A stretch of DNA of 53,092 nt, filler included, from Sluysia triapertura (Eukaryota), in NCBI GenBank assembly GCA_046118255.1. It is 4 parts of 4 records of this genome, joined end to end, with 100 filler letters (N's around TTAATTAATTAA, not from the genome) between each part and the next. Parts side by side here need not be neighbours in the genome. Positions count along the whole stretch, not along the records: positions 24,688 to 39,954 come from JBJNIA010233121.1; positions 40,055 to 53,092 come from JBJNIA010064192.1; 2 more parts are not named here. One strand, written 5' to 3'. The position numbers were made by a program, and so were the translations under genes. Below are positions 36,930-50,349 of the stretch, piece after piece. A model generated the notes under the pieces. It did not search any database and was not told the DNA's origin. It saw only the letters and a list, made by a program, of their open reading frames with translations. Every line of letters starts with the position of its first letter. Position 1 is the first letter of the stretch.

Positions 36930-38540
36930 AGCTGAAGAATACCTTTGAGTTCAAAATACCTATATAAGGGTTTAGGACCTTACGAAAGCTTGAAATGGAC
37001 TTGGAAAACCTTTCGGTGCTTTTGAAATTGTAAACTTTTAGATCATTTTCGATCTTATTAATCTTTAAGAATTCTTGAAACCTTGATAAACACCTAAAAT
37101 TTTCGAGTAATCTTATAAAGTTTTTAAAATCTATAAAGTATTTGAGAAATAAAATCTTTGTTATTAATGTTAAATTTAGTATGGTAATAATTAACATAAA
37201 GAAGTAGAAAAATGAATCACTTGGGTGAAGGTGAAAACATATAGAGCCTCCTGAATGTCTTATAAACTAATAAATAACTTTAGAACATTAATAAAATCTT
37301 TAAACATAAAATAGGATTAAGTCAAAAAATTAAGTCTAACTTTTGAATGTGGAATGCTGTGTTAAATTTGAAACTGTGTGTGGATTCGTTTTAAAAATAT
37401 TTTTCGATGAAGTTATGGTTTGACCCAGTTCATGCAATGAAATCCTTAATATTGAACAAAGTCAAATTTTAATTAATTATTAATTATGAAATGTTGAATT
37501 TTTCGTATTTAACATGATGAAAATATAATATAAGATAATTTCTATGAAAAAGGAGAATCTAGAAATGAGTTTGAAATGTCTATAAAGTGGTTCGTTTAAG
37601 AATAAGATCCTTAAACATTTTCCATAAAAAATCGAAAATCAATTAAATTCTAAAAAGTGAAATTAAATTCATTATTTTTAAATATGTTAACATTATTGTT
37701 GATTGTTATTTTAATTTAAGAAGTAATTTAAGTAAAAGTAGATTATTTAGGAAAATAATTCATGATCATAAATTAATTTTTTGTGTTTGGTACCTAATAA
37801 AGTTTGGCAGACCGCACAATCAGATAGTAAACAATTATTACTAAAATCCATGACTATGGTAAGGCTTTTAATTTTTTTATTATTTTAATTATTATTAAAA
37901 ATAACTTTTTGAAGTAATTTCCAGTTAACTTTTGCTATTATTAGTATAATTTTTTAGATATTAATGAATTGATTTTTAGGAGGATCCCTGCCTAAATTAT
38001 TTTGCAATTAAGTTAAAATATTTGAAAATATTTAAGTTTTAATATTATTTTGACTTTCTTAATTTAGTTAAGCTAATTTTTGCGAGGATCCCTGCCCAGA
38101 TTGTTTAATGATATTGACTGCATTTAAGTTAAAATAAAATATCTTAAAATTTTCAAGTATTATTATTATTCTGATTTTTTTAGATATTAATAATTTTATT
38201 TTTATTACATCATATCTGGTTTCTTTCAATGGATTATTGTGGTTTTAATATTGCCATAAATATTAATGTGTTTTGAAATTTAGTCATTTTTTTTTAAATT
38301 CACTTGTATTATTGTTAAATCAGAAACTTATAATAGCTGCTTGCATTTGATTTTGTAATTATTATATTATTGAGTTATTTTTACTAATTTGAATTGAAAA
38401 TAGTAATCTTTGGGTTGAATAAATATCATTATTAAAATAAGAAAATGTGTTATTAGTTATACTTGATCTAGTGAGTATTGAATTATTAAGTAAATTAAAC
38501 TGATATTGACTTATTGTTACGAATAATTTCGAACACAAAA
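36930..38540 (+). repeat. Dispersed repeat family A, longest copy
   Basis: Colinear with 13354-14860. Contains the duplicated subunit GAGGATCCCTGCC (~37980 and ~38084). Confidence 0.85.
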
Positions 38541-39099
38541 AATTTCAATAAATTTCATACGTCTTACATTTTATATAAGGTTACTTTGACTTGTGAGAAG
38601 TTTTTGTGTCTCAAATTAAAATTATTAACAAGAACTTAATAATTGAATTAACTCGAAATTTTTAATATACTTCTGCGTCTTTAAAATTATTAGCTATTAC
38701 GATTCAATATTAACTTAGTTAGCTTAAGGAACCTTAATAATTTAAATCGTCAGTATATCAAATATATTTTTGCAGTAATCTTCTTTTATAATATTAATAA
38801 CTAGTATCCCCAAATTTAAGTTCTTGACAATAACAATCAAAAATAAGACAATAATGTACTATTAAACAAAAATTCGTAATATAATTTATTATCATTATAA
38901 ATCTTTACTAAATGCTGAGAATCATTAAAACGACAAAAATAACAATCAAATAATAATAAAATCAAATATATTACAATCCAATTAAGACAAGACAACAGAA
39001 GTAACGCAACAGACACTAACAATACAATATCTAGAAAATTAAAAGTAATTATGTTGTTTAAATATTTTAGGTCAACGTAACAAAGATTGCAATAAAATC

Positions 39100-39954
39100 C
39101 TTTCGTAACAATAACTTTAAAGAAAAACGTAACATTAATTTCTAAGGATAAAACACTTGGTATTTTGATAAATTAAATTGCTTAGGGATATTCTTCTCAA
39201 GTATCTTAAAAATATCTAAAAATTAAATATTATCTTTAACAAAAATTACTTGGGGCGTTTCCAAAAAATTTTACCAGTAACAAAAAAAATCAAACATTTA
39301 AAAATTTACCAAAATTGCATAGGGTGTTTCCCACAGAACTATTTTAATAATAATTAATAGCTTATATTAAATTAAAATATAATCTATTACTTATCTTATT
39401 TTAATATAATAAAATAAAGTAAAAAATTAATGAAAACTTTACCTTATGCATGGATCTTCATACCATTGTGCCATTTTACCATGGTTTCATCGTTGTTATT
39501 GTGTTGTAAAAATTTAGAAATCTTTATTTTATACTCTTTCATCATCCAATCAATTCATAATCTCACAACCAAACATTCTCTCACACAAATCATCCAAACC
39601 TCTTTGAGAATCAAACCTACAATAACAACTTTGACAACTACGGTTTGTCAAACTTTATTACGTACAAAACATAGAAATCTCAGTCTGTTTTTACTTAAAT
39701 TACTTTTCACATTAAAATAACAATCAGCAATACTGTTGACATACATAAAAATAATGAATTTAATTTCACTTTTAATTAATTAAATTTAATTAATTTTCTA
39801 TTTTACACACCCAATTTTCTAATGAAAAATGTTAAAGATTCTTATTCTCAAATGAACCATTTTACAACCATTCTCCTTTTCATAGCAATCATCTCATATT
39901 CCATTCATCATATTTGCATCACTCTAAGTATTAAAAATTTAACATTTCATAATT
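39100..39954 (-). repeat. Dispersed repeat family A, inverted copy truncated by contig end
   Basis: Reverse complement matches 13830-14220 and 15750-16110 (AATTATGAAATGTT.AATT, ATTAAATTCATTATTTTTATGTATGT, AAAGTTTGACA, GATTGGATGATG). Left boundary approximate. Confidence 0.75.
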
Positions 39955-40054
39955 NNNNNNNNNNNNNNNNNNNNNNNNNNNNNNNNNNNNNNNNNNNNTT
40001 AATTAATTAANNNNNNNNNNNNNNNNNNNNNNNNNNNNNNNNNNNNNNNNNNNN
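39955..40054. other. Artificial contig spacer
   Basis: 44 N + TTAATTAATTAA + 44 N. Confidence 0.98.
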
Positions 40055-40859
40055 TTTAATAGTACATCATTGTCTTAGTTTTGATTTGATTTTCAAGAAT
40101 TTAAATTTGGTATAATAGTTATTGACATAGTAATAAAAAAGGGATTGAAATTATTAAGATTTGAACTGATCAAGATAAAAATAGTGGGCTTAATATTTAA
40201 CGAGTTTTAAAGACGTAACATTAATACCAATAATAATTTGCTACATTCACAACAATCATTTGGCAAATTAATTATTTTTGAACTAGCAGAATCTAAAGAG
40301 CTACATAATGACTCAGATCATTTAGTGTATCAAGGTGAGAAATTATCAGAATTATTACTCAAACTAAATGATGAAATCCGATATACTTGTTTGTTAAGAA
40401 ATGAAGTTTACTGTCTACAAAGATTACTGTATTAATGTATTAAAGATTGCTATTAATGTACAAAGCAATGAAAGTTTAACAAATGAAATCAGAGAAGAAG
40501 ACAATTATCAAGTTAGTTGTAGAGTTATATGTCACACTAGTGTTCACAGAGTACTGAAGTTTTATTTGATTAAGGCAGCTGTAGAATATATGAGGCAAGG
40601 TCAAGTCTTAGATACATTATTTTAATGTTATTAAAGAAATATTTTACTTTTATTATTATAATTAACAATAATAAAATTCCTTCTAATTTAAATATGAAAA
40701 CAGTTGATATTAAGAGAGTCACTGTATTTAAATCCAAAGTTTATCGTTTAATCTCATATTTTTCTTTGACAAAATATTTTGTATTAAGAGAGAATATGCT
40801 CATCATAATGCGTTATCTCATTTCTCTATCTAATCTCCAACGATCTTTGAATTATCATA

Positions 40860-41600
40860 TATTAATATCTATACATTTATTTATAAAACATAACAATTTC
40901 TTCGAATATATCTGTCGGTGTTCATGTGTAGAAACTTCTTATATCAAATTTGTATAAACGAGTCAATTGATTTCTTACTTCTTAGCAGCACGCGGCTACA
41001 CCCATCCATGTTTTCAAGATCAACCCAAATCTCGTAGATTCATTCTGTAAATAAAGAAACAGTCTATTTATCTCAAGTATTATATTTTGATTATATAACA
41101 AATATATTATGTTATATGTTTGAGATAAAGTATTCGTCTTTGTAAATAGTGTTGATAATATAATATAATCGTGATAAATGGTTGAATTACCACAGCATCT
41201 TAATACAAATGTTCTGCATTCAAATATTTCTAGATCGCTTTTGAAGTATCATTTAGTACAAAAAACGAACTTCCTTAAATTTTACACTGATTACCCAGGT
41301 ACTAAACCAAATATGCAAGTAAACTACCGAAACCGTTTAACTTCAAATTAGATTCAGAATTGGAAATATTTTGGAAAAGTACTATCCTATAAAATCAGGA
41401 AAACTAATCGGTTATGAACTTTCAACTGTTTTAGCTAATGTTAACGGTAGCAGTCCTATAAATTATAATAGAATAAAAGATTCAAATGTGAATATCAAAC
41501 TAGATTTGAAATTTAAAGTTTTAACCTATACTTTATTTGTAGCTACTTCTCTAAAATACAAAATTATATTACAGGAAATGTTGTGATTAGATAAGGATAA
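40860..41600 (+). mobile_element. Maverick/Polinton capsid remnants (possible minor capsid piece, then internally deleted major capsid)
   Basis: FEYICRCSCVETSYI (penton-like); LNTNVLHSNISRS (cf. MCP N.lHSlFs); YPGTKPNMQVNY; GKLIGYELSTVL...RIKDSNVNIKLDLKFK.LTYTLFVATSLKYKIILQ (cf. MCP C-terminus G.tl.afDL...G.l.l.l.F...t.iv.a...i.I). Confidence 0.45.
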
Positions 41601-43911
41601 GGAGAAACATAAGGGAAATGAATCACGATATAATAAATGAAATAAACGTCATCGAGGAATTAACATAAAGTATTTTGATGAATTGTAATAACAAAATAAG
41701 AGTATAGCATATTTGAATAAAATACGAAGAAATAGCCCTTTATAAGGTTTTGTTTTGTTAAAGTATTAAAGTATATTTGTCAATTAATTTAATTAAAATT
41801 TGTTTAATTGGATAACTTAATGAAAAATATTTTCTCATTATCAAATAATATTAGATTTAGTGTATAATGATGAGTTTTATTTGTATTTTTAATGGTAAAT
41901 GTTACGAAGCAAGTCAACGTAGATAACTGTAAAAATTTGTTACTTTAATTAGTTTTGTGATTTAAAATTAAAGTTACATATGTTCTGATGTTTAAGTATA
42001 ATTAAAGTACATATATTAAATTAATGCTATTGACGATATCAGTTCAAATATTTTATTGAACTTGATGTACTCTTGACACAAAACATATTATACATATTTC
42101 CATCAGATTTCTCTGAAAAATAAATTTAATATTTCATTAATTTTTTCCTTAATTTAAATTGTGTTATTGATAAAATAATGATATTAAATTTTAATTTAGT
42201 TATGCTGAAAAGATAAGGGGATTGATTATTGTAAAAGATAATAAAATTGAACATCGGCTGAAATTACTATTGGAATTTAATCATTAAAATTTGTCGACTT
42301 ATCACAGAAAGAATGAAACTGTCCAATTTCAAATCTCCCAAATAATTGCCAACTACTATTTAGCAGTCATATTTTTGCTAAAAAATCCGAACACAAAATA
42401 AAGGAAATATAAAGAAGAAATTGAAGACATTTTTAGCTTTAAGTATGCTCCCTCAATTCATTTATGGGAAACAGTGAAATTGAGGCTTATTTTTCAGCAG
42501 ACGACTAAAATAAATGTTAGGTTGTCATTACAATCCTTTAAAATCATTATACTTAATATAAGAAAGCAATTAAAATCATTAAAGTCCTTAAAAGAATGTT
42601 ATTTTCCAAAAAATAAAATGATTTTCTAAAAAATAAAATTCCTTACTAAAAAGAGAAAAGACGCTTCTAAAATGCCTATGATTTATTGTGGGTTTATATA
42701 AATAGCCATAGATAATCATAAAGAATCTCAATTTTAAAACATAATTTGCTCTCTGATTTATTACCTCCATATTGGATTTGCAAATTTTATTCCTTTTGGT
42801 TATTCTTTCCGGCATTCATTTTGCTCCAATCTTTATTCCATGCAATGAGTAAACATTTTTTATTATTAGGGGCGTTTTGATTTTAATAATAAAAGTATTA
42901 AAATTCATGTAAAATCTGGACTACATTGTATTATTTTAAAGTCCTGATCTAGTTCCGATCTGATTTTAATATAAAAATCAAAGAATATTTTAACTACTTG
43001 ATTTATATTCCTAATTTTCTAACTACAGTTATAGTTCTGTATATAAAATATTTAGTATTATTTTAATAAAATCATTATTCATTGAGTTTTTATTAAACGG
43101 TTAATTTGATTTCGTTCCGTTATATAAGTTCTAATTTGTATAAGGTTATTTAAGACTCTCTCTTAAGCAGTTTTGATTATATCTTTAGTTAGAGACGTAT
43201 TAGAAGTGTTTTTAATAAATGTATTAATATTAACTTAAAGTTACAAGAACGCCCACTATACGTTTACTGTAACCAGATCCTGCTCAATTTTTTATTTTGT
43301 CATAGGTTTAGATTTAAGAAAACCACATCATAAATATTATGCATCTAAAAAAAGGTAATTTACTTTTTTATTTATTTTTCGTCTTATTAATGCGGGCGTC
43401 AATATTTATTGATTTTATTTAAGTTGCGTCATCCTTTATAGTAATTTTTATTTAGAGATTTTGTTAGACTTCATAAAATGGACCGACCGGTCATGCAGTT
43501 CGATGCTCAACTACAGAGTTATCAGCTCCATAGTCAATTATACTATCATTATTCTATGGCACTTATAACAACTTGAGGTGATAATAAAATTATATATTGA
43601 AGACATTTTATTATTGAAATAGTAGTCAATTTAACTTATATAACTAATAACACAATTAATAAATATTTAAACACAAATTATTGAATTTTATCAATACTTT
43701 TTAAATGACATTTTAATTCCGTAAATTATCCCGTTTTAGATTTAACCGTGTAAATTTTTTTAGTAATTTAGATTCCCATTTATAAAAACTGCGAAAATTA
43801 TTCAACGCATACTTAACACTAATTAGGATAATTTTCATAAAACAATTAAAATTAATTTACTGGAAAGTTACATAAACACGGTAAATTTTTTATTTAACAA
43901 AATTTGAAACA

Positions 43912-44538
43912 TCAGAAGTCCTTTTTGAATCTGTTGGGAAATACCATATTACGAATGACACCTAGTGCATAATACATATTATAACGCTTCCTAGACATAA
44001 AATTTGTTACAAAATCTTGAGATGAATCATCTTTCAAATTGTTGAGAAAAGGAACATATACATTTGAATTAGAACATCCAACTGATAAACTAATCAAAAA
44101 CATAAATGGACACATTAATACACACACTGCCAAATACGCACATATATTATCGAAGTTCAACATTGTATCGCTCATGTCATCGTAATAAAAATAATACAAA
44201 CTAGCAACAATGTGTAACACAAACATTGCAACACTTGATATAAACTTTACACTTCTTATTTTTATATAAGGAAAACCAATTAAAAGAAAAAAATATGACA
44301 AATGCGACATAATTCCAAACATAATAATTAAAGGAGAAATAGTATCACTTTCAAATATGAATAACGCTACATTTATCACTATTTGAAATACCAGTACACA
44401 GATTATTGTATACGCAAACAATTGAGAATATTCTTCAATAAATTCTGTAAAATAATATAATGATATAAATATGCTAAACAAAAAAACTAAAAATACGAAG
44501 ATATACCAGAATAGAGAGAGCACATACAAAATAGTCAT
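43912..44538 (-). CDS. TEX261: TEX261 / Svp26 family ER-Golgi cargo adaptor, intronless, 208 aa
   Basis: Full-length colinear match to family motifs: LYYFTEFIEEYS (LYYLAELIEEYT), LLIGFPYIKIRSVKFISS (LLQTFPFIMLTSPNFILS), AYLAVCVLMCPFMFLISLS (AYFTFCLWIIPFAFFVSLS), DFVTNFM (DVVSNYF). Confidence 0.93.
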   Translation of the reverse strand: MTILYVLSLFWYIFVFLVFLFSIFISLYYFTEFIEEYSQLFAYTIICVLVFQIVINVALFIFESDTISPLIIMFGIMSHLSYFFLLIGFPYIKIRSVKFISSVAMFVLHIVASLYYFYYDDMSDTMLNFDNICAYLAVCVLMCPFMFLISLSVGCSNSNVYVPFLNNLKDDSSQDFVTNFMSRKRYNMYYALGVIRNMVFPNRFKKDF

Positions 44539-44825
44539 AATAAATTAATATAGATTTTATTTTGTAAGAAAAATAAAAAAAACTAAATAGTAATTAAATA
44601 GTAATAAAAAAGCGATTGAATTAAATTAATTTTAAAAACGCTCATTATAATTAATTTTAAAAAATATTAATTTTAATAAATTATTATATTAACTTAATTA
44701 TTAAAACAAAAATCGCAAAAGATAAAATAAGAAATTTTCAGATTATTTAATATTTTATTTATATTAACATTTTGGAAAATAACAATAATGTATTAATTTA
44801 TATTGCGCTCATATCCATTGCAAAA

Positions 44826-45743
44826 TAAGTACTCAAAAGCGCTTAAAATAAATCAGTCACTATAATATTTCTGAAACAGAAAGAACTTATTCTTTTTCTT
44901 AAGTCTTCCAGTAATTTGACATTTTTTGTCAGGTAGTTTTATGTTATTGAATCATAAACGGTATGTGACCTATTTTATTATCACTATGGATTCTGTACAT
45001 ATTATTGTGTCTCTGCTGTGTTTTTCTTTGAAAACTTTATTCGCAAAACAAGATGAACTTACGGCTGCGCTTGTAGTCTACGACTTATTTAAGCGTGTAT
45101 ACATGAAAAATGTAATAAGGTAATTAAGATATGATTAATATATGCTTATTTATTAATCTATCCGAGGGTTTTAAAATCCTATTAAATGAGAATAATTAAC
45201 TATAACGATTAAATGACAATAACAACGCTAGTGTTCATTAACAAAAATTATCTTGAGACACTATTAGAGTTTTAATGTTTTTTAATAATATTATATTATG
45301 GTCCAACTGTGGATCCGGAGATGTGTGAAGAACACAGAACTATACAATGAAGGAAGAACTCATACAAATGGATGGATTGAACATTACAACATTGTTGGAA
45401 CAAGAATCCTGAAAGTGAAAACATATAAAATGTTAACATCTAAAGAATGCACTGGAGTTCGAGACCTTATGAAAGTTTGAAAGCATTAGAATACCTTCGA
45501 ACTTGTGAACTTTGAGATCATCTAAGACTTCATTAACCTTTAAGCATTATTAATATACATGGTTATTACTATCCCTATATATCACAATAAATTGAACACT
45601 ATCAGACAATAATATCTTAATAAATAATTGTAACAAATAATAAACAATAATAACAATAACAAAAGTATAATAATAATAATATCAATAACGACAACATGAC
45701 AATAATAATAAAAGTAATTATTTTAAGCGTTTTTGAGTACTTA
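44826..45743. mobile_element. TA-flanked TIR element (~0.92 kb) with nested family A fragment (~45290-45550)
   Basis: ATAAGTACTCAAAAGCGCTTAAAAT (44825-44849) versus ATTTTAAGCGTTTTTGAGTACTTAT (45720-45744), 24/25. The internal GACCTTATGAAAGTTTGAAA...AGATCATCTAAGAC matches family A. Confidence 0.65.
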
Positions 45744-45785
45744 TATGAATACAATAAACATCAACACAAACAAACCAGATGTAAC

Positions 45786-46046
45786 TTATAAAGGACACAA
45801 TAAAAGAAAAAAAAATAAATATAAATGATCTTCTTGGATTTGATCAACACTGTTTCCAACAAAATGAATAATGTTATTTACTAAATCTCTGATTGTACCA
45901 AGGTAATCATAGTTATAAATATCTTCATCTAAAAATAAAAGATTAATAGTTAAATCACATCTTTCGGCATTTATTTTCAAATTTTTTGTAAGTTCAACTT
46001 GAACACTGAGGTTATCAGTTACAACATCGAATCGTAGAGCTGTCAT
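45786..46046 (-). mobile_element. Possible Maverick minor capsid (penton) N-terminal fragment
   Basis: DNLSVQVELTKNLKINAERCDLTINLLFLDEDIYN resembles the recalled N..s.F.v.L...l.L.g.weVaL..l.....i.N pattern. Weak. Confidence 0.3.
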
Positions 46047-46841
46047 TTCAAGACTTTCTTCGGGTTATTATACTAAAGTCCATATCTTGTTTGCTGTTAA
46101 TTTCCGTTCAATGTTTTAACGTAAAAGCGTATTAAAATAAAGCACAATAGTGGAATTAGTGCAGACTGGTATTTGAAAAAATAATTATAAACAATATTAA
46201 TAATGGTACTAGTTTCGTTGTGTGCTAATCGTGGTTGTCAAAAACTAAAAGCGATGGTAATTTATGAAAAATACTAGGAGCTTGATTTTTAATATTTAGC
46301 ATTATTTCACTTTTATATGTACTACTTTATAATATTAACATTATTTGATTTCAAAAAAATATTTAATTTTAGAATTGATTTATTTAAAAATTGGCGCTTT
46401 ACTTTAATTAAACATTTTTTCTATACAAAAGAGTTTAGTAAATATTTGGATTTTTTGGATCTCCAAATTTCTCACACCTAGAATCAGATTTATTTGTACG
46501 AATTATTGGATAGGTTACAGTAATCAAAGTTTAATTATAATGGCCATCACGATTTAAACTATACTTTGAGATTTGTTAAGGCACATTTTAATATAGTTGA
46601 TGAAATTAAATGCGATAAATTCAAAAAAGTGGCTGTGCTTCCTACAATAAGTTTTAATGATTTATTTAATGATGATAAAGGTAATATCAATTACCCTGAA
46701 TTTTACCGGTCTCATTACCTTTGTTGCTAAAGTAAAATCAGAATTAGATTCTGAAATTGAGACATTATCATGGAAGGTGATTCGTTCGTTCGTTCGTTTC
46801 TTGATGGATTATCAAAGTTTGAAAAAACCGACGATTACTCC

Positions 46842-47012
46842 GGTAATACTGCTGAAATAATATGTGAGATTTTGGCATTTGAAGCAGATAAACGATCTTT
46901 TATAATTACTATCTATAGTTTTATACTGAACTAACGAAATAATCACGTTGAGTTACATCCGAAATGCGGTCATTTATTTCCTGATGATTTATCGATGTTG
47001 GGAAAATCTGGC
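46842..47012 (+). pseudogene. ATP6V0D1: V-type ATPase V0 subunit d internal fragment, frameshifted
   Basis: GNTAEIICEILAFEADKRSFIITIYSF / TELTK* / HVELHPKCGHLFPDDLSMLGKS versus conserved [57 protein letters not shown]. Confidence 0.88.
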
Positions 47013-50000
47013 CAACAATTATTATGAACTAAAACTTAGGTGTTTTTATTATAATATGTTTCATTCATTTATTATTATTATTATGTTCCAATTATTTGTT
47101 AACTCTCACTAAAGTAATTTTTGTTTCTAACGCCAAAATACTAATTATTCTAGGTTTAACAATAAACAATATGTGTACAATAGGTTACAATATGTCTAGT
47201 CAAAAAATCATTAAGTTTTTTAACACAATATTTAGCTACAAAATGACCAAACAGTTTCTTACATTGTCTTGAGTAAGGTCTTTAAGCGTAGATAATATTA
47301 AGCAAATCATATTGTATATTTACAAAATGAAGTTAAATCTTAAATATAATTTATATTATATCCATTCTAATTCTAATTTTTAATCTTACACAAAGCACGC
47401 AATTCTTTCATTTACTAATTTCATTAATGCAAAAAACTTTTTCTGACATTCGTTATCAAACAAACAATCGCATAATACTTCATATAACTCGCAAATATTT
47501 CATGACTATCAGGCTACATCAAATAAATATTAAAATTTCCCCAAACAAATAACAGATTATTCTGTGCTTTTATTGAAACAACCTGAAACTCAAAGAGTCC
47601 TGATAAAATCCACGACTTATAATGCAAAGTAGACGTATCTATAACTATTTTAAATATCTAAGTATATTAGGCGAATGCATACCCTTAAATATTCTTAATA
47701 TTATATTTAACAACTAAAACACTACTCGTTATAAATTATGAACACAAGAAAACAAATGAAAAAATATTCAGATGCGAACAATTTACAGTATTTATTACTT
47801 CAATAAGATATCTGCGTATTTAATTGATTTTGTGTATATTTTAAGGTTTGCTAGTGATTCTCAACTGTTCAACTTTATCTGCGTGCTTATAATACTATAT
47901 GTTGTTTGGTCTAGAGTCGACTTATTGAAATGCTCTATAGCAGCCTATAATACAGATACGTCAATCATTTGAACAAGCGAAAATTTTTAAATTATCATAT
48001 TGTTTATATTAGTTTGCCGCCAAATATTTCAGTTATTAAAATTGTTATGATAAGCAAACCCAAAACAAATTAATATATAAATGTAAGCTTACAATTTATT
48101 GAGTTCCTGAATAAATTTTGTATTTAAATTTCTCTGATTAACTTAAAAATTCAATTAAATTTTATAAAAACAAATTGAGTTTTAAACTTCATAATATACA
48201 ATGATGTATATAATTATTAATTACAATCATTACATACATTACAATAAAACTGTTAATTTTTATTACATTTCCTAGAATAAAATGTTCATTTCCTAAATAA
48301 ACCTATAGTAATCACTTAAACAATACTAGCATCTGTAATTTTAATTCATTATATTGGTAAATATTATACATAAATTTTTATGATTGAATCTGTTATTATA
48401 TATTTGCTATTTATTACATCTGTACGAGCTTTATAAAAAATTCTGCATCACTAAAATTAAAATTATTTTGTTATGATTAATTTTCTGTGAGACTAAAGCA
48501 TCTTTTTGTGATGAATCGTAATTTCCATAACCAAAACATCATGATAATTTGGAAAATATAAAAACAATTTATTGATTATAAAATCTTTGAATGTTTCACC
48601 ATTCTTGATTTCAAATGAAACTTTCTTAATTTGAAACTCATAATTTGTCCTTGTTGTTTTTAACAATTTTAAATGTTTTATTACTTTTGGGAAAGTAACC
48701 TAAAAGTCTGGTAAAATTTTACCAGTTTTATCAGGAAAACCAATTTTTCTTTAGCTACATATTTCATAATATTACTTTATATCAATAGTTTTCTTCAGGA
48801 AGTTTAGTTAACCATTTCTGATATGGTTCCATATTTGTGATAGTAATACTTTGGAATTATAATAATGCAGTCTGTTTCAATATCAGCAAATTCCTTTCTT
48901 TTGCATATAAATTTCATAGTCGTATTTCCGTCACATATTTTGTTAATTATTTCACAAATAAAAATAAAGAAATGTCATCTTCAATCGCTTCCCGATCGTC
49001 TTAATTACATCAATAATGATTAGTGTTCATTGCCTAAATATTTTTTAATTTTTATTTGTAATTTCATTTTAAAATTATTCTAATGTATTAAATAAGTAAT
49101 AATATAACATTTGATATTTTGGGTTATATATTTACATTTAAATATCTATCTTTTCTATCTTTTTTGGAATTAAACATATACAATTTGAAAAAATAAATCA
49201 TTACTCATTTAAATTTAATACTAAAAAATTCTAACAATATTTTTCTGTAAATATATTTTCTTATTTTAATTTTATTGAACATAACAATGTCTGAATAAAT
49301 TTTTTATGAATAATACCTGTGCTAATCAAATTTACAAAGCATTTAATTAACTTTTGTAATCTTATTCTATAATACCATTACAAAATATATACTATTTTAA
49401 ACTGAATAAATAAATAAATAATTTAGAAATTAAAATTAAGTACAAATTTGTTTATCAGAAGTCTGATCACACAATTTTTGGTTTTTATCAGTTTGTTTTA
49501 TGATTATAATTTAATCAATTTAGATGAATAAAGAAGGAAAAGGGACTCGAATAATTGATCCATTGGTTTGTTGTTCATTCCAATTTGACATATTTCCCAT
49601 TAATTTTTTCGCATGATAATATTGTTATTGTTAAAATCAAATTCTTTTATTGCCTAATATTAAATTATATCTATTTTTATTTTATTTTCTTTATATATCC
49701 AAATAAAGGTAATTTACAATAGAAAGTAAATAATGCAAAATAATATTGTAAAGATGTATAACTTTATATAATAAAAGATATATAATCTAATTGTTTTGTT
49801 TGAGTATTCTTAGATAATCTTTAAAATTTTTATAAAATTATGTTAATATTCATTGAAAAATGAAGATGAATTAAACTTTCTTGAAATAATATCGTATTGC
49901 TAATTAAACACTACATATTCTTTTTAATTTACATTTGCACAAATATTGTAATATGTATTTTAACACGGTAACTACACTAATCACTGTTTTTTCATATTTT

Positions 50001-50349
50001 TATTACTTGCTAATCTGTTTAAGGTAATTATTAATTCACATTACAATTACATTTTAACCTTTTCTTTTGTGTTACCACTATAAGAATGTCGCTTCTACAT
50101 TTCATGCATCACAAGGATTTTTTAGTTTCGATAAGTTTTGAAATAAAGGTTATTGGCGTATTTGTTAAAGAAGCTAAAAATAGTGTTATCTTACATATTT
50201 CTTCAATAAATAATGGTTTGTAATTGGTTATCATTCATCTAATTATCATTGTTCTCTAATTTTAATAATAACAATATTAAATTCAGTTTCATTGATACTC
50301 GATAAAATTTGACATTTCGCTAAATTAAATACTATTTTCGATTGCATAG

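Noticed and set aside
36892-37197. Similar minus-strand ORFs MLIITIL... at 36892..37197 and 13298..13558 suggesting a gene family
   Set aside because: Both lie in repeat family A. The frame is not kept in the 15530 copy and the peptides are AT-bias (I/L/K/F) products with no motif.
42230-42500. Possible MULE transposase remnant (KKKLKTFLALSMLP)
   Set aside because: A single weak motif; insufficient to call.
43480-43530. tRNA/SINE-like GC-rich patch; similar patch at ~29388-29425
   Set aside because: No cloverleaf and no complete A+B box pair.
48400-48970. Minus-strand coding-like debris
   Set aside because: Many stops and no recognisable family motif.
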